Shown: positions 38,705-52,974, counted from the first letter of the stretch. The stretch: 64,000 nt of DNA from Iphione sp. A-MEVVRFRX5 (GCA_976226885.1 OZ320322.1:28830001-28894000), one strand, 5' to 3'. Numbers and translations: made by a program. Notes: generated by a model not told the origin, from the letters alone.

Positions 38705-41700
38705 CAGACAGATATGTGACCGGAGCACTGACGGATGTCCCTAATGGAAACGTCTGCGGGCCAAAAAAAAAATGCCATGCATGCAGGCATCCTGCAATCC
38801 GTCACGTTAGGGGCAGTGCTGGACAGTATGGAAATCACCAATCGCGAAATGGAGGGAGAGGTTATACGCCGGTGACAACTGCGTGTAGTACAAAGGGTCA
38901 CATCTGTGGTTGGATGCATCCTTTTAATTAATCATAATCTCTGGCTGTATGGACAGCTCTTTCAGAGAACCCCACGGAGAAAGAAACTCAAAACATGGGG
39001 AGAGTGCCAGTTGGCACTTTAAATCATGTTACTGCAATAGAATATTATCGGGGACAAAGTTCCTGGAGAATTTAATCAGTTGAAATTAAGTAATTTTCTT
39101 TCAATTTCCTGTTGATTTGTCGGAAGAAACTGCTTTTAGCGGGCTTGTCCTTGGGCTTTGGACAAACACGTGTGAAATGGAGATGGCCTGAACGAGCTGT
39201 TAAATCCGAGGGGCAACAAGCAGCTGTCTTTGCTGTGGTCGCAGTTTAAAAAGATCCACACGATAAGACCGTTAGCTTTGAACACAATTTGGTTGGTCAA
39301 CGCTGGAAAATGCGTTCAGTTGGCAAAAGGTGGCTCCTGTTGAGTTCCCTTCGCATTGGCCCGTACACATATCAGTGTGGGAATATGAGGAGACGCCTCT
39401 GCAATCAATACCAATGGGAATGAGATACCATATCTGACAGACCATCGCCAATACCTGTGCATTATATTTTCTGGATAAAACAGCAAACGATGGAGTGGAC
39501 AGATTCATCTTCGACGGGTTAATACGGGGAATCATTATGTAAATTCATGCACTTGCTTTTCATAGGTAAGCTAGTCTGGCGGTATGAAATTGAGTGCGTC
39601 TGCTGGAGAAACTACTTGCAGCGGTTTACTGTAGGGATCCTTACGAAAGACCTGATGCCCTGAAACTCAAACCAACCAACCTCCTCCCACCCTACCTCCC
39701 CGCCCTGTCGCTACGAACCAATTGACCTTGGATTAAGCTGGTAGCGCCACACTAATGCAACTTTCGACTGCCACTCCACACCACCTCTCGGCTTGCCCCT
39801 GCCCTCTCCGTCCTTTTGAGGAGAGGGCTTTCATAATGAGCAGATACCTTTCCATCGAGCTCCTCCTGCGGAATGAGCTCCAGATTAATTGGTTGCCGCG
39901 CAAGTACATTTCGTCCTCGGTAGACTTTTCTATTACCCTAGGAAGGAGATACAGGTTCTCAACAAAAAGATGTCTCTACACCGAATGAAATGTTCGTCTA
40001 TAAACAGACTGAATAGAACGGTTTTAAGGCGCAGTAAGTAGCTGGAACAAAATAAGTTTTTATTCTTTGCATAATTCTAGACAAATCTGTTAACTATTTC
40101 TAAGACTGAGACAGTCTGTAAGACAATAGACACAGTGGACTTCACACGTGAGGATGATAGGCAGCGGATGGCCTGAGCCGTGCGGTTGTGAGTGTGTATA
40201 GGACCCAACCGAGCAATTGCGAGGAGGTATGGCTGGGGCCAGCATTTGCGAGCAGGTATGTGCGGGTGGGGTTTATGAGCGTGTGTGAGCTCGCTTCCTG
40301 CCCAAGGCCTCCGCCCGCTACTGATTGCAACCCGAGGTGGCAGACGAACGAGTTCGGTTCATCTCGATTCCAGGCATGCGCTCTCGCGACTAGAGGCTAT
40401 CATTACTGGCACCGGACCTGCGCCGAGGTGTGATTAATATGCACGACCCATGTCCATAAATCACCCATTTATGGATTATGGATTTGCCCTGATTGAACGG
40501 AGCCAGTGTTCAGGGGTAAAGGACCAGTGATGCATTACTCACACGTAAGCTCCACGACAGGCTAAATATATGGTAAATAGTTGTTATAGACCACAAAAGC
40601 ATTGTTCTCACATCAGCCGGTGGGTGGCGCCAAATCACGTCGGTGCAGAGTGAACGAGGCAAAAATTAGGCACTGCGGGGCTGCAGTCACTCCGTAATCG
40701 GTTTCTGCGAACCTTTTCCGTTCTGTTTGAGCAAGTTATTTTCAGTAGTGTATGTGTGATTAGCTGGTTTGATAGTCCAGCCTTGGCAACGGAAACCACA
40801 TTCTTAATGCAATTTACAGGACGCGCGGGTATTGCTTCAGGCGAAGAGGGTTCACTGAAATTGGATCTCCGTCTGTGTCGAAATGTTTTTATTTCAATTT
40901 TTGTTGGAAACATCGCTGACAACAATAGCCCAAAAACATTCCTGAAATATCCCGATATTTATTCTGATGACAAGGTAGACTAACATCAGTTTTACATACC
41001 GAAAAAACGGGAAACGGTGCCAAGGCTGGCAAGCAGGTGAGAAAAATAACACCTGATATTAATAGAACAGGACAGCTTATGACATCCACTCACACTGTGT
41101 AATCATGTGTAACGGCTATAACCTACGAGAGTTTAGAAATAGAGGCTATAACGCAGGGTGAAAGGTATGGGGAGCCAGAGCGTAGCTTGTCAGCCATATG
41201 TTTGGGCTTGAGGCCATTTTCGTTATTGGGCTCCTTCAGTGTAATCATTGCCTTCGGATGTCAGCGCTAAAACATAAGAAGAAGGATCAACCCGGCCATC
41301 CCTCCGTGACCTGCAACCCCCCCCCCCCCGCTCCCACATCCCTCTCTCCCTCCCTCCCTCCCTCCGCTTCAGACGCACAAATGAATACCAGATGTAAAGA
41401 AGATTTCACAAAACCACTAAAGTCTAGCCGTAAGTCATCCTATAATAGGCTTCCGGTGTGAGCCTCCTGCTGCCAGCCCGCCGCCACGTGAACCGTCGAT
41501 TGCTTCTCCGCGACGCACACGGCAAAGATGGGGGAGGACAGCAAAAATCATATCCTCAATGAATAAACATAGAAAGGTCCGGCTCGCATCGACGGAGACA
41601 AGGACATCTCTGATATGGCGGCAATTTCGGTAAAGGTTTGGGCCCGATTATCCAATCACTATGGAAGTGTGAAGTTCCTTGTAGACGGAGCCGCAACCCT

Positions 41701-44700
41701 CGCCCTCCCACTCAACAACTCGGTTCGCACTTCATCATGATCCATAACAGTCGAATGCTCCTTGCTGGCCATCCATCTTGATGCTGGCCAAATGAAGCTG
41801 GCCACCTGAAGCGCCGGCTAGCATGGTTTTGGTGTCTTTGATGTCAGAATGCTAAGACGATGCAAACATCGGATACGGCATTGACATTGGAGAGACCGCA
41901 TTGGGTCCAACTGTATTGTTAAAAAATTAATATATATACGTGTGGTTTTTCCACTGTATATTTTCTTGCTTCGTCACACAAAGACAAATTAGACTTATAT
42001 GCAGCTCAACGGGGAGTTTTGGCAACTCTTTCCATAAATAACTCCCTTAGAAAATGCATACTATAACACTCTGTATAGATCAACTTTAGATAAAGGCAGG
42101 CCACCCTGTGTTCATGTTGGAAATATGCTTTCATGGCAATCCTAGCGTAAACAGCTATTCATCAATTACAAATTGGTTGGGGCGCAAGGCGGAAGTCAGC
42201 AATATTGGGTCTAACAGCAGGACTTCCGTTCAGGTTTGGCCTGCGCCAGTCATCGGTAAAGTATCGACATTATAGGGCATAACAAGAAAGGGAGTTAGCT
42301 CTTCAATTGTGAAGTAATGTCCTTAAAGGATGTTCCTTCACATCCTGGATGTAAATAATGTATGCATGATGATCGATGCAAAAGGTGTCTTTTTAAAGGA
42401 ACGTAGGAATATTACTCTTAGGGGGAGATATTGAATCACACTGGTCCTTCTTTACAGGACGTGTGGCGAGAACCCATTCTTAGAATGCTGCATATTTTAA
42501 TAGATATCTAGAATCACATTGGGACACATGTCCATACCGGTGGACAACACATGCCTAACATCAGTAATAGGGAAACCGATATAAAATAATGCGATGATGA
42601 TTTCGAGTCCTATGGAATGACTTAATCGAATATCTGCATTGGCAAACCATTTTTTAAATCGTGATAAATTATTCTGACCAGCGAGTCGATGTTCAAGGTT
42701 ATTATGTCCCTATTATCCCCTTGGAGAAGTTTTCTCATGTTCGTTACATCCACTATCATCGCACGTAAATCAAGGCTATGCCATAGCATAAAAGACGGCC
42801 GTAGTAGATTCCGCAAATCCTTGCCGAAGGAAATTATCAACTGCCGCTTGCCAAGCCCAAGTTGACATATAGCTAACGCAAGAGTAGGCTCTAAGAAGCA
42901 CTCCGCTTGTGCACCAGCCACCATAGGACCATACAGACTTTGCTTGTTATGACGGAGGAAGCCTAAGTATGAAGACAACTGGCGCTACACTCGACCTTCC
43001 TGATAAACCAGGCCCGAAGGACGCGGGGCTCCACCTCATGTTGTGTGTTCACTCTAATACGAGGAGCACGGACCACAAAGGCTCGTTGGGGCCGTTCTGT
43101 TTCTGGGAGACTCCAGCCACAACACATCTGTTTTCTTGCTGGGTTTTTTCTCCTCTCCTTTTTTTTCACTGCCTTCCATGGCTGTGTACCTGTAAGTGAT
43201 AGCTTTTCCTGCCCTATACATAAGTCATGGGATGTGGGCGGAGGAAGGGAATGAGAGGAAGGGGGAGGCGGGGGACAACCCACTGCCTAGACGTCATTCC
43301 TTACGTTTCCATTTAATATTTGATGAATTCATAACAGATGCCTTACTAAGATTGTATTCATTAGTAGCGAACTGGGGATTGTGTTTTAAGCATGCAAGAC
43401 TATTATATTCTAGAGGCTAACCATAGTCAGAGGTGGAAAGGCCTCGTTACACAGTCAGAATATAGCATGGTGAATGGAAGTCTCACGGAATTGATTTTGT
43501 AAAAGTAACCATAAGCTTGTTCTATTCAATTAAGTAAGCGATCTAATCATTTCCCGTCTTCTGTATCGAATGTTTTTCGGAGAAGACGGATACGATATAT
43601 GTATATAATAGAGACACGTGTGTATGTAGATGCACATGTATATCTCACTCGAAAATAGCTACAGTAAATGTAGACAAAAACAAGATGACACAGACGTGCT
43701 ATTGTAGATCAAAAGATGAAAGTAGACGAACATAGTCTAATTGCCAGTGGAAATATTCAGATTATCGCTCTATTGTTCTTGCTTCGAGCTTGAATTGTCA
43801 GACGGAAGGGCCTATAAACGTGTAGAACATGTACAGCTGACTTCGACTATACGCAGGCACGACTTACACATCTCCCTCAAAGTCAAAAATGAAATAGAAA
43901 GATAAAAGTACATAAGTCTAATTGTTTGAGCAACTAATCCAGTTAAGTCTCTTGTTGCTGACGGTGTCTTCCCCGTCATTACTCGTGGAGCAGTAAACCA
44001 CTAAATTTAACTAGGAGCCTGCCCGAGGAGAAGAAGCCTATTGCGCAGTCCTGAAAAGCAGCGGCCGGGGTGCCCTCGCCCGGAAAGAACGTACCTTTCC
44101 CTACTAACCCGGCGCTGAATAGACGAAGCCAATGGCTAATCCATCGCTACGTACACTGGCCGGATGCGGCCTGGATAAGGTGACCCAACCCCTTCAGTCT
44201 GGTGCTAACCTCTTGCTTTCTCTCACTGCCCGCCGGAGAAACGTAATTTCAGCCGCTGGGTGTGCCTGTTGAAATAATACTGGTTGGTCTTAGTTACTCT
44301 CTTTTTCACTACAGTTGTAAGTCGACTTGTTAGAGCGTATCTATTTCCACCAAGAACGTTACTCACAAGGAACTGTTTGGGTTTTTCTTAACCGTAATGT
44401 TGAATGAGTCTTCACCAGAGCATGATATATAGTAATTTTTCAGCAATAGCCCGGTTATATAGACGTGTGATGTTATGACAAGTTATAAAACCCCGAATTT
44501 TCTCTATTTACATGAGAACTTCTCTAACACTTTGGCTAGCTATACCATATGTTGGTGTTCTCTTGAGCTGGGTAGACTTGTCAATCACGGTGTGTGGAGC
44601 CATTAAATCTGAGACTCCCACTGGTTGGCATGTAATGACATGTGCGTCTCTGCCTGACAAACTCCTCCACCATCACCCTCTGTGCTTCCATGTGGTAGTG

Positions 44701-46982
44701 GATATAGAGAACTCCATATGGGCTGCTGGGATGGCATAGATGATTATTAAGGCTGTCGTTAGTGGTACTCCCAGCCAAACTTCAAGAAACTCGGGAATTT
44801 TCGTAAAATCGAAAGTGAAGTCTTTGTTTGGAAATTGTTTCGCTTGCCGTGCGTTGCGGTGGGAATCCTCTGTGAGGCATCGTGTCTGTTTATGGCCAAA
44901 GATCTCTTTTTAGGCCTCTGTGAACAGCACGGCCGGTTGCATGTACAACACAACAGACAAGCGAACCCACGGACACAAATACTCGGCCCTATCATTAAGG
45001 TACCAACAGCTACTCATACATACAGCCATTTATGTACCACACAGAAATGTGCACACATGCATAGATGTACTCACAGATACGTAAACAAAGGACCTATATC
45101 CCACACATAGGCGCGCGTGCACGCACGCACACACACATACACACACGACTTAATGTGACTTCTCTCCATTACATTAAAAAGGGAGGATGTAGCTTCGGGG
45201 AGGTCGGATCCTACGGCGACCTCGGACGGAGATCGATCGGTTTTCGTGCGGATGGTCCGCCTTTTGACACGCCAATGTGCGACTTGGCGGCGTAGAGTGC
45301 ATGTGGGACTCACTCAGCCTCTCACCAACTCACCCGAGGGCCGGTTTGATGCCTTCACGCCACGGGCCCGCCAGAGCGGAGGGGCTGCCCATAGCTCCTG
45401 GTGGCCGGAACGGGTGGGGTTCGTGCCACTATATGCTCTCAAACAATGAACCCGACGCCGTCCCCCACAGCTTCCAGACAGAAATCCATCTACAACTGCG
45501 GCGAAAACAGTATGGAAGGTGGGAGGGGGGCGGCCACTATGGAAGTGATCAACCACAGCGTTGGCTGCGAGTGGGGGGGGGGGCGGGGGGTGTCTGCGCC
45601 TGGCTACTGTTATTTATCTACACGAGGCAATGTGCACTGTTTATGTTGCCGATCATAAAGCAAAATGGTGGAGTAAACTACGAGGGGCCCAGTCGCTGAA
45701 AATTACAAACTATAGTCAGAAAAGAGCTGAAAGCATTTCCCCGCTTTTTACAATGACGACTGGAGATTGGGTGCGAACTGGTATGAATCGAAATGGAAGA
45801 CAGCTTTACAGACACAACAGAAGTCACCAAAAGAGGCCTATCATCATGGCCTATCTAACCTCTTATCTACGTCCAATATTGACTGGTTAAAACGGACGAA
45901 AGGAAACGGATCCCTGCACGGTGGGCGAAACACGGACTTGACAAAGTGGCCAAAGTGGTGGGGATTAAATGTGAACACTACAATAAAAGCAGGACTGTAT
46001 GCCCAGCCGGCTCCTTCAGTATCGGGCGCCAAGAAAAACATTGCTGGGTTGAAATATTTAAAACGAAACGTTAATAAAATCGTGCCTACACTCAAAACTA
46101 AAAACATTTATAATTCAATTACGGGTAATACGATTATCTGTAAACTTTAATATTCACGAATTACATTATCCATGGGTCATGAAGACAGAAAGTCCATTGA
46201 AACTGAGACGCTTTTTCGCTTTTGGAACCACCAAAGCTTATCTTGTACATCCGGCAATTGATTATTTACACCCCCCGTTGGAAGAAAATCTGTAAAAGGT
46301 CGGTGCTTCTGCGGCCATATTCTGTTCCCGGGTAAATACCACGTCTGTGAGACCGAATGTGTGGAGAGCAAGGGGTCGGGCTGAGATTGCTATTTTATAC
46401 CCTTTGAAACGTTGGCGCGGTCCTTACACTTCAACATAACACCCCTCCCTCCTCTCCAGCTAGGTCTAAAGTTCATAGTGCACCCCTTGTTTAAATTGCA
46501 GGACAATCAAAATAGCACTACATAACTTTTGTTGACAGAGGATTTTTCCATCTGACAACGACACCGTTGCCTTCCCTCTCATGCACGGAATCCGTCTATA
46601 GGGATTTTTTTTATCCATCCACCTCTGCGCCTGCCAAAGCACGAAAAATAAGGCGAACAAAATGGATTAGAACCAGAAGTGGCCAACATTTCCGGTGGTG
46701 GAAAGCTGCGAGTCAGCAAGATTAAGGCCAAGTAAGTGACTATCGGCTTCAATCAGGCTTTACTCCTGCCCTTTCCCGCGTCGGCGTCTACCTCTACAGC
46801 CTGTTTCAGGCAGCAAACTAATGAAAATTCCACCAGACCATATCATATCGCGCGCTCCCTGAATGGGGAGGTGGGGACTGGGGGGGGGGGCGAGGCGGTG
46901 GGGGTGGGGGGAGGACAGGAGGACACTTCCAAAAGGATGGACACGGGAAAAAGCGTCGGGCATGAGCGCACGTCGCTTCTCA

Positions 46983-47011
46983 TCGGCTCTCGTCGGCTCT
47001 CGTCGGCTCTC
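46983..47011. repeat. 10-bp tandem repeat, about 3 copies
   Basis: TCGGCTCTCG repeated. Confidence 0.9.
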
Positions 47012-48380
47012 TTCGTCATCGTCGATGATGACGACGGTGGGGGCTGGTGCCTCCGCTTGCCGGTCATGATCGGTGAAAAATTCCCAATTACATGGTTTCC
47101 GTTGGCGAGATCAAGGGTTACGGCGGAGGTACCTGTGCGCAGGGTAGGCTGAGGTGGGCGGGGCGGCGGAGACTCCCAAATGTCAGAGGGCCATTGGGTG
47201 CGCCGCAGACAAGGCTCCTCTATAGGGCAAGGATTTAGATAGGCAAATGCCGTGCTAGGCCGGGCGGCCAGCGATCAGGTCTCACGCTGCTGAATGCTAA
47301 ATACGCAGACTGAATGCGGAGCCACAGCCGCTGGCCTCTTTCACGCCGCCCTCCTGCCGACCGACCGTATATGTATCTTGGCGTGTGCCACCTTAGAGAG
47401 GTCCTCCGAGTCATGCTGCTCCTTCCGTGGAAATTGTGAGGATTTACTAGCCTGTCGAATGATCATGCCCAACTCGTCACGAACGGCAATATATATATAT
47501 ATACATTTATGTATATAAATCTACTTTGAATAGCCTAAGTTTTCAGTTCAAAGCAAGGTTCCCCTCTGCTCAATAAATTAAATAAATGCTGAACAAAGAA
47601 AAATATTACTTGGCAATTATCTCTACAAAGAAGGTGCATTCTATTCCAGGCCGCTGTAGATGATTATTGCACCACATCCTCGGTCAAATATTTACGCAGA
47701 GCTGAAGCGTGGGACTTCTTTTAATAGAATATTAAAGTACAATATGTAGACAAATTGAATTTGATTCAAAACAAAAGAACCGTATATACATACTTTGATA
47801 ATAGGTTTGTGTCCTTTGGACTGTATTTAAAGCGTGTAACGGGCATGCTTGGTTTTGCTCTCAGTACGAATCCGTATTCTACACTAACCAATGGAGAAAG
47901 GTAAATGGAGACAAGAAAGGATTTCAGAAGGGGGAGCTCGTACAAATGGGTCCAATCAACATATTCAGGAACCAGAGACCAAAGGGCCGCGCAGTTGTAT
48001 GAACCCATTCGGAGATGGATACTCATGTGATTGACTGATAATTTCAATGGATGACCGGAAACCAGGGGATGAGTGAAGAAGGACATGCACATGTACACCA
48101 TATCCAGAGTAAATAAAGTGTTTAAAAAAAAATATCAATAACTAGCTCTCATACAAAGCCGCTTAACTGAAGAACTGTAAATATATGTGATACCTTCTTA
48201 CAGGCTGCCTGCTACGGACTATCAGAAGTCTTCCCAAACATAACGTACCTGCAATAATACAAAAAAAGCAGTTAGACACCACCTCATGGCATGGAAATAC
48301 GTATAGGTCAGTACCATCAAAATCGCATTAAAATATCGTCGCTTTACACATACTCCCGTTTATTACTAGGTTTAATATTA

Positions 48381-49231
48381 GGTCTACCAAAAAAGGTTCT
48401 GTGTTTCATGCAGGTAACAAGCTGAAAAAATAGAGGGCCGGTAGGATGGTGGTATATTTTGTATTTTTCTTGTTTTCACTGTTAATTCATACTACAAATA
48501 ACATATATATGGCAATATATGTTCTACTGCTTAGATTTACTGAAACTTATACCAAATGAAAACTAATTGTATAAGGAACACTATGGTGTGTCATTTGAGC
48601 CTCCAGCTTTATTCATTGCTGAGATACTCACAAAACAAGAATAAAACAAGAGTGTGGACCTGTGAGGTCTATTGTCCCCCATCATCAACATCAACTCTGT
48701 GTGTGTGTGAGTGTGTGTGTGTGTGTGTGTGGTGTCTCTCTCCTTACAACCACCTTGATTGGCAGCTTGTTTTGGGGGTAGTTGGCTAGACTAGTTTAAG
48801 TCCTTCAGGTTTACAACTCTCGGTTCTGCCTGACTGGGCACAGCCACCTCGGTTCTGCATGACTGAGCACTGAGTGTGTATGTATGTGCATTGTCAGACC
48901 TAGGAACCCCTGAACCAGGTATGTATGTTTGTAGGTGTGTTAGGAAAAGAGTAAAATTGGCATAATTTCACCTTCAAAATATTTGAATTACTACCAAAAT
49001 TACCCAGTGCCATGGGGCCATATATACCAATATCATATATTAAAATCAGGTTTTTTGAGTGAAGGGTTTAAGACTTATAAGACCCACAAGAGTGTGACGG
49101 ATGGTCGGGACACCAGCTGGCAGCATTCCTAATGTCCCCCCCTCTATGAGGCGGGGGACAATAAAAATGTCCATTAGCAACAAAATCAGGGTCGGTCTGG
49201 TTGCTGGAAACAGGTATTTTTTGTTTAGGGC
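48381..49231. mobile_element. Diverged copy of the GGCCTAAA MITE family, interrupted by the HINE element
   Basis: Left tta-GGTCTACCAAAAAAGGTTCTGTGTTTC...GCTGAAAAAATAGAGGGCCGGTAGG and right AGGGTCGGTCTGGTTGCTGGAAACAGGTATTTTTTGTTTAGGGC-tta match the ends of 56696-57003. Removing the insert leaves about 330 bp versus 308 bp. Confidence 0.75.
48645..49166 (+). mobile_element. Non-autonomous Helentron/DINE-1-like (HINE) element, copy 2, nested in a MITE
   Basis: ACAAGAGTGTGGACCTG start, 5' subTIR TATTGTCCCCCA, internal (TG)n, 3' stem-loop TGTCCCCCCCTC-TAT-GAGGCGGGGGACA and A-rich ends. Homologous to 14096-14522. Confidence 0.8.
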
Positions 49232-49377
49232 TTACTTATATTATGGGATTTTTTTTCCAAACTGCTTATTAATAAGGTGAAATGGTTGCTGATACTAGTT
49301 TAACATGATTCATTTTGCAACGTTTTGAAAGGTTCCAATAATTAAATCCATGTGTCTAATACATGTACAAATACTAA

Positions 49378-49706
49378 GGTTGGGTTCACATATGTCTGGA
49401 GAATGTTATGCAAACAGATCCATTTATGTTTCTATTCAGCCATTCCTATGTAAACAAAAACAAAAACACTAGACCCTTCAGACGTGTCTTTAGCGTGGCA
49501 AACCTATGCAAACAGATGCCACAGTAAATTTTTAAAACCAATCTGGTACAGGTTTCCAATGCATATGGCTGGGTAGGCCTTAGACTTCTATAGTAAAACG
49601 CATGTAGTAGCCATCTGGTATTATATCATCATGCATCTCTATGGAGGGCACCTATGCAAACAGACAACAGCATATTTTTTTCATTCCAATACATGTGAAT
49701 AGCCCC
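49378..49706. mobile_element. PIF/Harbinger-type MITE (TTCACAT TIR family)
   Basis: GGTTGGGTTCACAT ... ATGTGAATAGCCCC with TAA on both flanks; internal TATGCAAACAGA at 49407, 49505 and 49653. Confidence 0.7.
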
Positions 49707-52700
49707 TAAGAGTTTTTTTTCCGTTTCTTTCAATAGAAGCATTTCGTACTGGCAGGATCTGAAACGTTATAATCTTGACGCAGGTACACTCAACTTTGTT
49801 GACATGTAAATCTAGCTTCGAGAGGACCTGCAGTGCCATGTATATAAAGTAGCGTGCTCGTGCTATACTTAAGGTGCTTCCGAAGTATCCTAGATGTAAT
49901 GTATCTGGCGAAGGGTAAATCTTTTCGTTTTAATCGGGTACGGGCAGGGATCTCCTAACCCACGGAGTTAGCATGCATATATCAGGGGAAACCATGCATT
50001 TCTCATATCGCACACTTCATTTTTTAGACCACACCAGATTTCAAGGAACTAATTTGGAGTTAGAGAAAGCAGGTGTTACCCAGCCGTCTCGCTGTCTCGT
50101 TGCATGTCCTTAAGGGATAAGTTGAAACCTAATAACCGACGACACGGTGCTATCCGACAACATGCTGGTTACTTTTCTTCTACGTTGAAGAGCGTTAATC
50201 TTTTCTAAGGGAGTCACTCAGAAAAAACTAAAACGCCTGTAGATGTTTCAGATTCATATTCCAGTTATTTCACAGATCATGGATACAATGTTGAAGTACC
50301 TATAGGGTGCCAAAGTAACTCTCGGTCTGTGTGGGAGAAGTGGGGAATTCCTGGGAAATTCAAACAACTGGTCATGTCTCCAGGAGGTATACTATGGTGA
50401 AAGCCTATTCCAGAATTAGTTTCTTTTTATTAGAGGATATGTTTTGGTTATTTTTACCTGAAATTTGAAATGTGTACAGGTTTGAGGATAGAGAATATTT
50501 TGATTTGAAAATAATTTATTAAAAAATAAAATATAGAATTACAGTAAAATGCTTCTGCATACTAATAGATATGGGATGGGTTTACAACCACTGAAAATTT
50601 CAAAGAAAACAGAACAATAGTTTATCCTTCAAGACTTTAAAAGGTCTAGCCCAATATGTTAAGCACTGTGAGAAAACACTGCCTGTGCCCAGTCATTCAC
50701 CAACATGAAGTAGAACTCACGTGAGCTTTGGCACCCTATTAGACTTCCCTGTGTTGCGCATGTTCTGTTTGTGTATACCAAACAAAAATAACAACAAATT
50801 ATTTAACATATAATGACAGCTAAACATGCTATAATTATTAGCACACAGCTTGAGAACCTTCCAAAGGGACTTATCCTATGTTTGTCAAGAGACCTTCTCT
50901 GTTAACTAAATCGTTCATAAGATTTCGGTCGTCTTTATTATAACCGGGTCTAGAGATGTCCTTTAGACTCTTAATTTCCGGTGTATAGTGTAATAGTAAA
51001 TGCCACTGATGTATACAATACATTTAACACTATTTAGCTTTCAGTAAACCTAACTGCCTAGCTAGTACGAGTGATTTGTCTGTTCTCCAGGCTTCTTTCT
51101 TTACACTCGACTGATATAATACATCGACTTTGCCAGTGAATTGCCCGACCACAATACGGTAGGACTTCCATTGATACTCCAAAGGTCCAACAAGAAACGT
51201 ATACACAGAAATACCTGATACACAATGTAATAAAAGCAGATCTGATGTCATCTAGAAACAGTGACGACACGATTATATATGACTGAGGAAGGCAAAGGGG
51301 AGAGGGAGAATTCAAAGGCGCCATCCTCTTTCCGCTGCCAGATTGTCCTCCCACCCCCTTTCCCCGTAAAAAAGGTTCATAAGCAGCTCAAGAGCTGCAG
51401 TTGGTGACGACGTGAGCAGATCTTGGAGCAGCTCGCTTCCAAAGTTGCCGTCAGGGAAAGGGGGCGGGTTAGTGAGTCTGCGCACTGGCCCTGAGGTGAG
51501 ACATCAGAGCTGTTCTACAGACGGGCGATCGCTGCGGATCTGGAGGCCTAGCGAGGAGCATGCCGTAGCCACAGTAACGATTGTCTCTTCCCGAAGGTTA
51601 CTTCTATGTGTTGTGTGTCTATGCGGGGTGGGGGCTTGTCAGTGAGACAACACATATTTATCCACAGTGGTAAGCGTCTTTGTGGCCATATATACGTCTA
51701 TGTTACTATATTTCTATACAGGGAAGAACCAACAGACATCGAAACACAGTGGGCGTCCTTTAGAAAACCTGTTCTCAGGTGTTCATGGAGTGATAGTGGC
51801 GATGCTGTGATGATCCCTGTATTGATTTGTACATAAGAAGTGAGACAGGCTTCGGGTTTTCAGAGAGCGAAAGCTAGTCATCCTGATTGTTTTTCTACTT
51901 GAACCCTCCCCCGGCAGCCCCCCTGCCACGGTGCTTTTGCTCTCGCTCGTCATCGGTGGCGTGTGTCTGATAGTCCTCTTCCCCATTTGATGAATGGCCT
52001 TCACACAAATATGAGCAAGGTCAGCGAAATGTAATGCCCTCTGTGCCCTCTCTGGTAGTGTGAGCATCTGTCTTACTCAGTAAGGACCCAACAGTTCAGC
52101 CAAGGTAACGTAGCAAAGCAAAGGTAAACGTAAGCCTAAACCCTTAGGTGTAAGAGCAGGTTGTATTTTCATTTTTAAAAACGACCCCTTTAGTTTGTAG
52201 GTTTCCACTGCGCATTTCATAGTGGTCTGACCATATTATTCAGTAGAAAATGCAACAACTCTCTATTCTGTCCTAACGGAGGATTGCATTTATGAGAGGG
52301 CTATTTTCTTATATAGTACTGGAACCAGGCAAATTACCCTTAATTCCAAGATGCCCTTAGAGTTCCGTTGCCCACAGGTGAGTTGCTTCTGTTTTTAGAC
52401 TACTTATGCGTTAACATTAGATCATCTAATCAGTAATTAAAGTGTTAATGATATTGCAGTGGACTTCCTCAAAGACTCCCAATTTTCTAGCTGCCTTTCT
52501 TCTCATCTTGAAAAGATCCAGCTGTGATCGGTCCTGGTCTATTCCTCCGACCAATAATGACCTAAAATTGCCCCACAATTGAACGAACTGAGAAAAATAG
52601 AAGCAAGTGGAGTAGACGCAACCTCCTCACTTGAAACCGCAGCCCGCCTTGAGGACAGGACCCGTAAGCAGCGGTAAAAGTAACGTCAATACTCTTCGCC

Positions 52701-52960
52701 ATCAGATGAAATTATACACTGTGTTCCCATGAGTTAACCAGGTTTGCGCCAGGGCCCTGCCCTATAGAAGCTACGAGCTCGTTTTCCACGGAGTGATGAC
52801 GAACTGCCGAGGAGCAGAGACCATGGCGCTGTCAGTGGAAGCGACAGCGGCCCGACAGCCGCCCCGACAGGGTCAAACCGCAAAATATGACTGGCAGCCA
52901 ATGAGAACCCTTGTACGGCTTTAGCGCGCAGATCTCCCACCAGGGAATCATGGGAAATGG

Positions 52961-52974
52961 GCGCCACCTTGTGG
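52961..52974 (-). promoter_or_regulatory. CTCF-like motif (reverse)
   Basis: Reverse complement CCACAAGGTGGCGC, a full core match. Confidence 0.55.

Noticed and set aside
38723-38760. GCA-CUGACGGA...GAAAC-GUC-UGC hammerhead-like string
   Set aside because: The core deviates from CUGANGA and no stem II can form; probably chance.
42622-42978. 118-aa minus ORF starting MSSY, Hox-like N-terminus
   Set aside because: Similarity is limited to four residues, with no hexapeptide or homeobox in the window.
44158-44185. GCCGGATGCGGCCTGGATAAGG resembling an enterobacterial REP element
   Set aside because: Single partial match in clearly eukaryotic context, with no REP palindrome pair.
46205-46260. 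Minus-strand DVQDKLWWFQKRK resembling homeodomain helix 3 (WFQNRR)
   Set aside because: Lacks the invariant Asn51, and upstream residues do not match helices 1-2.
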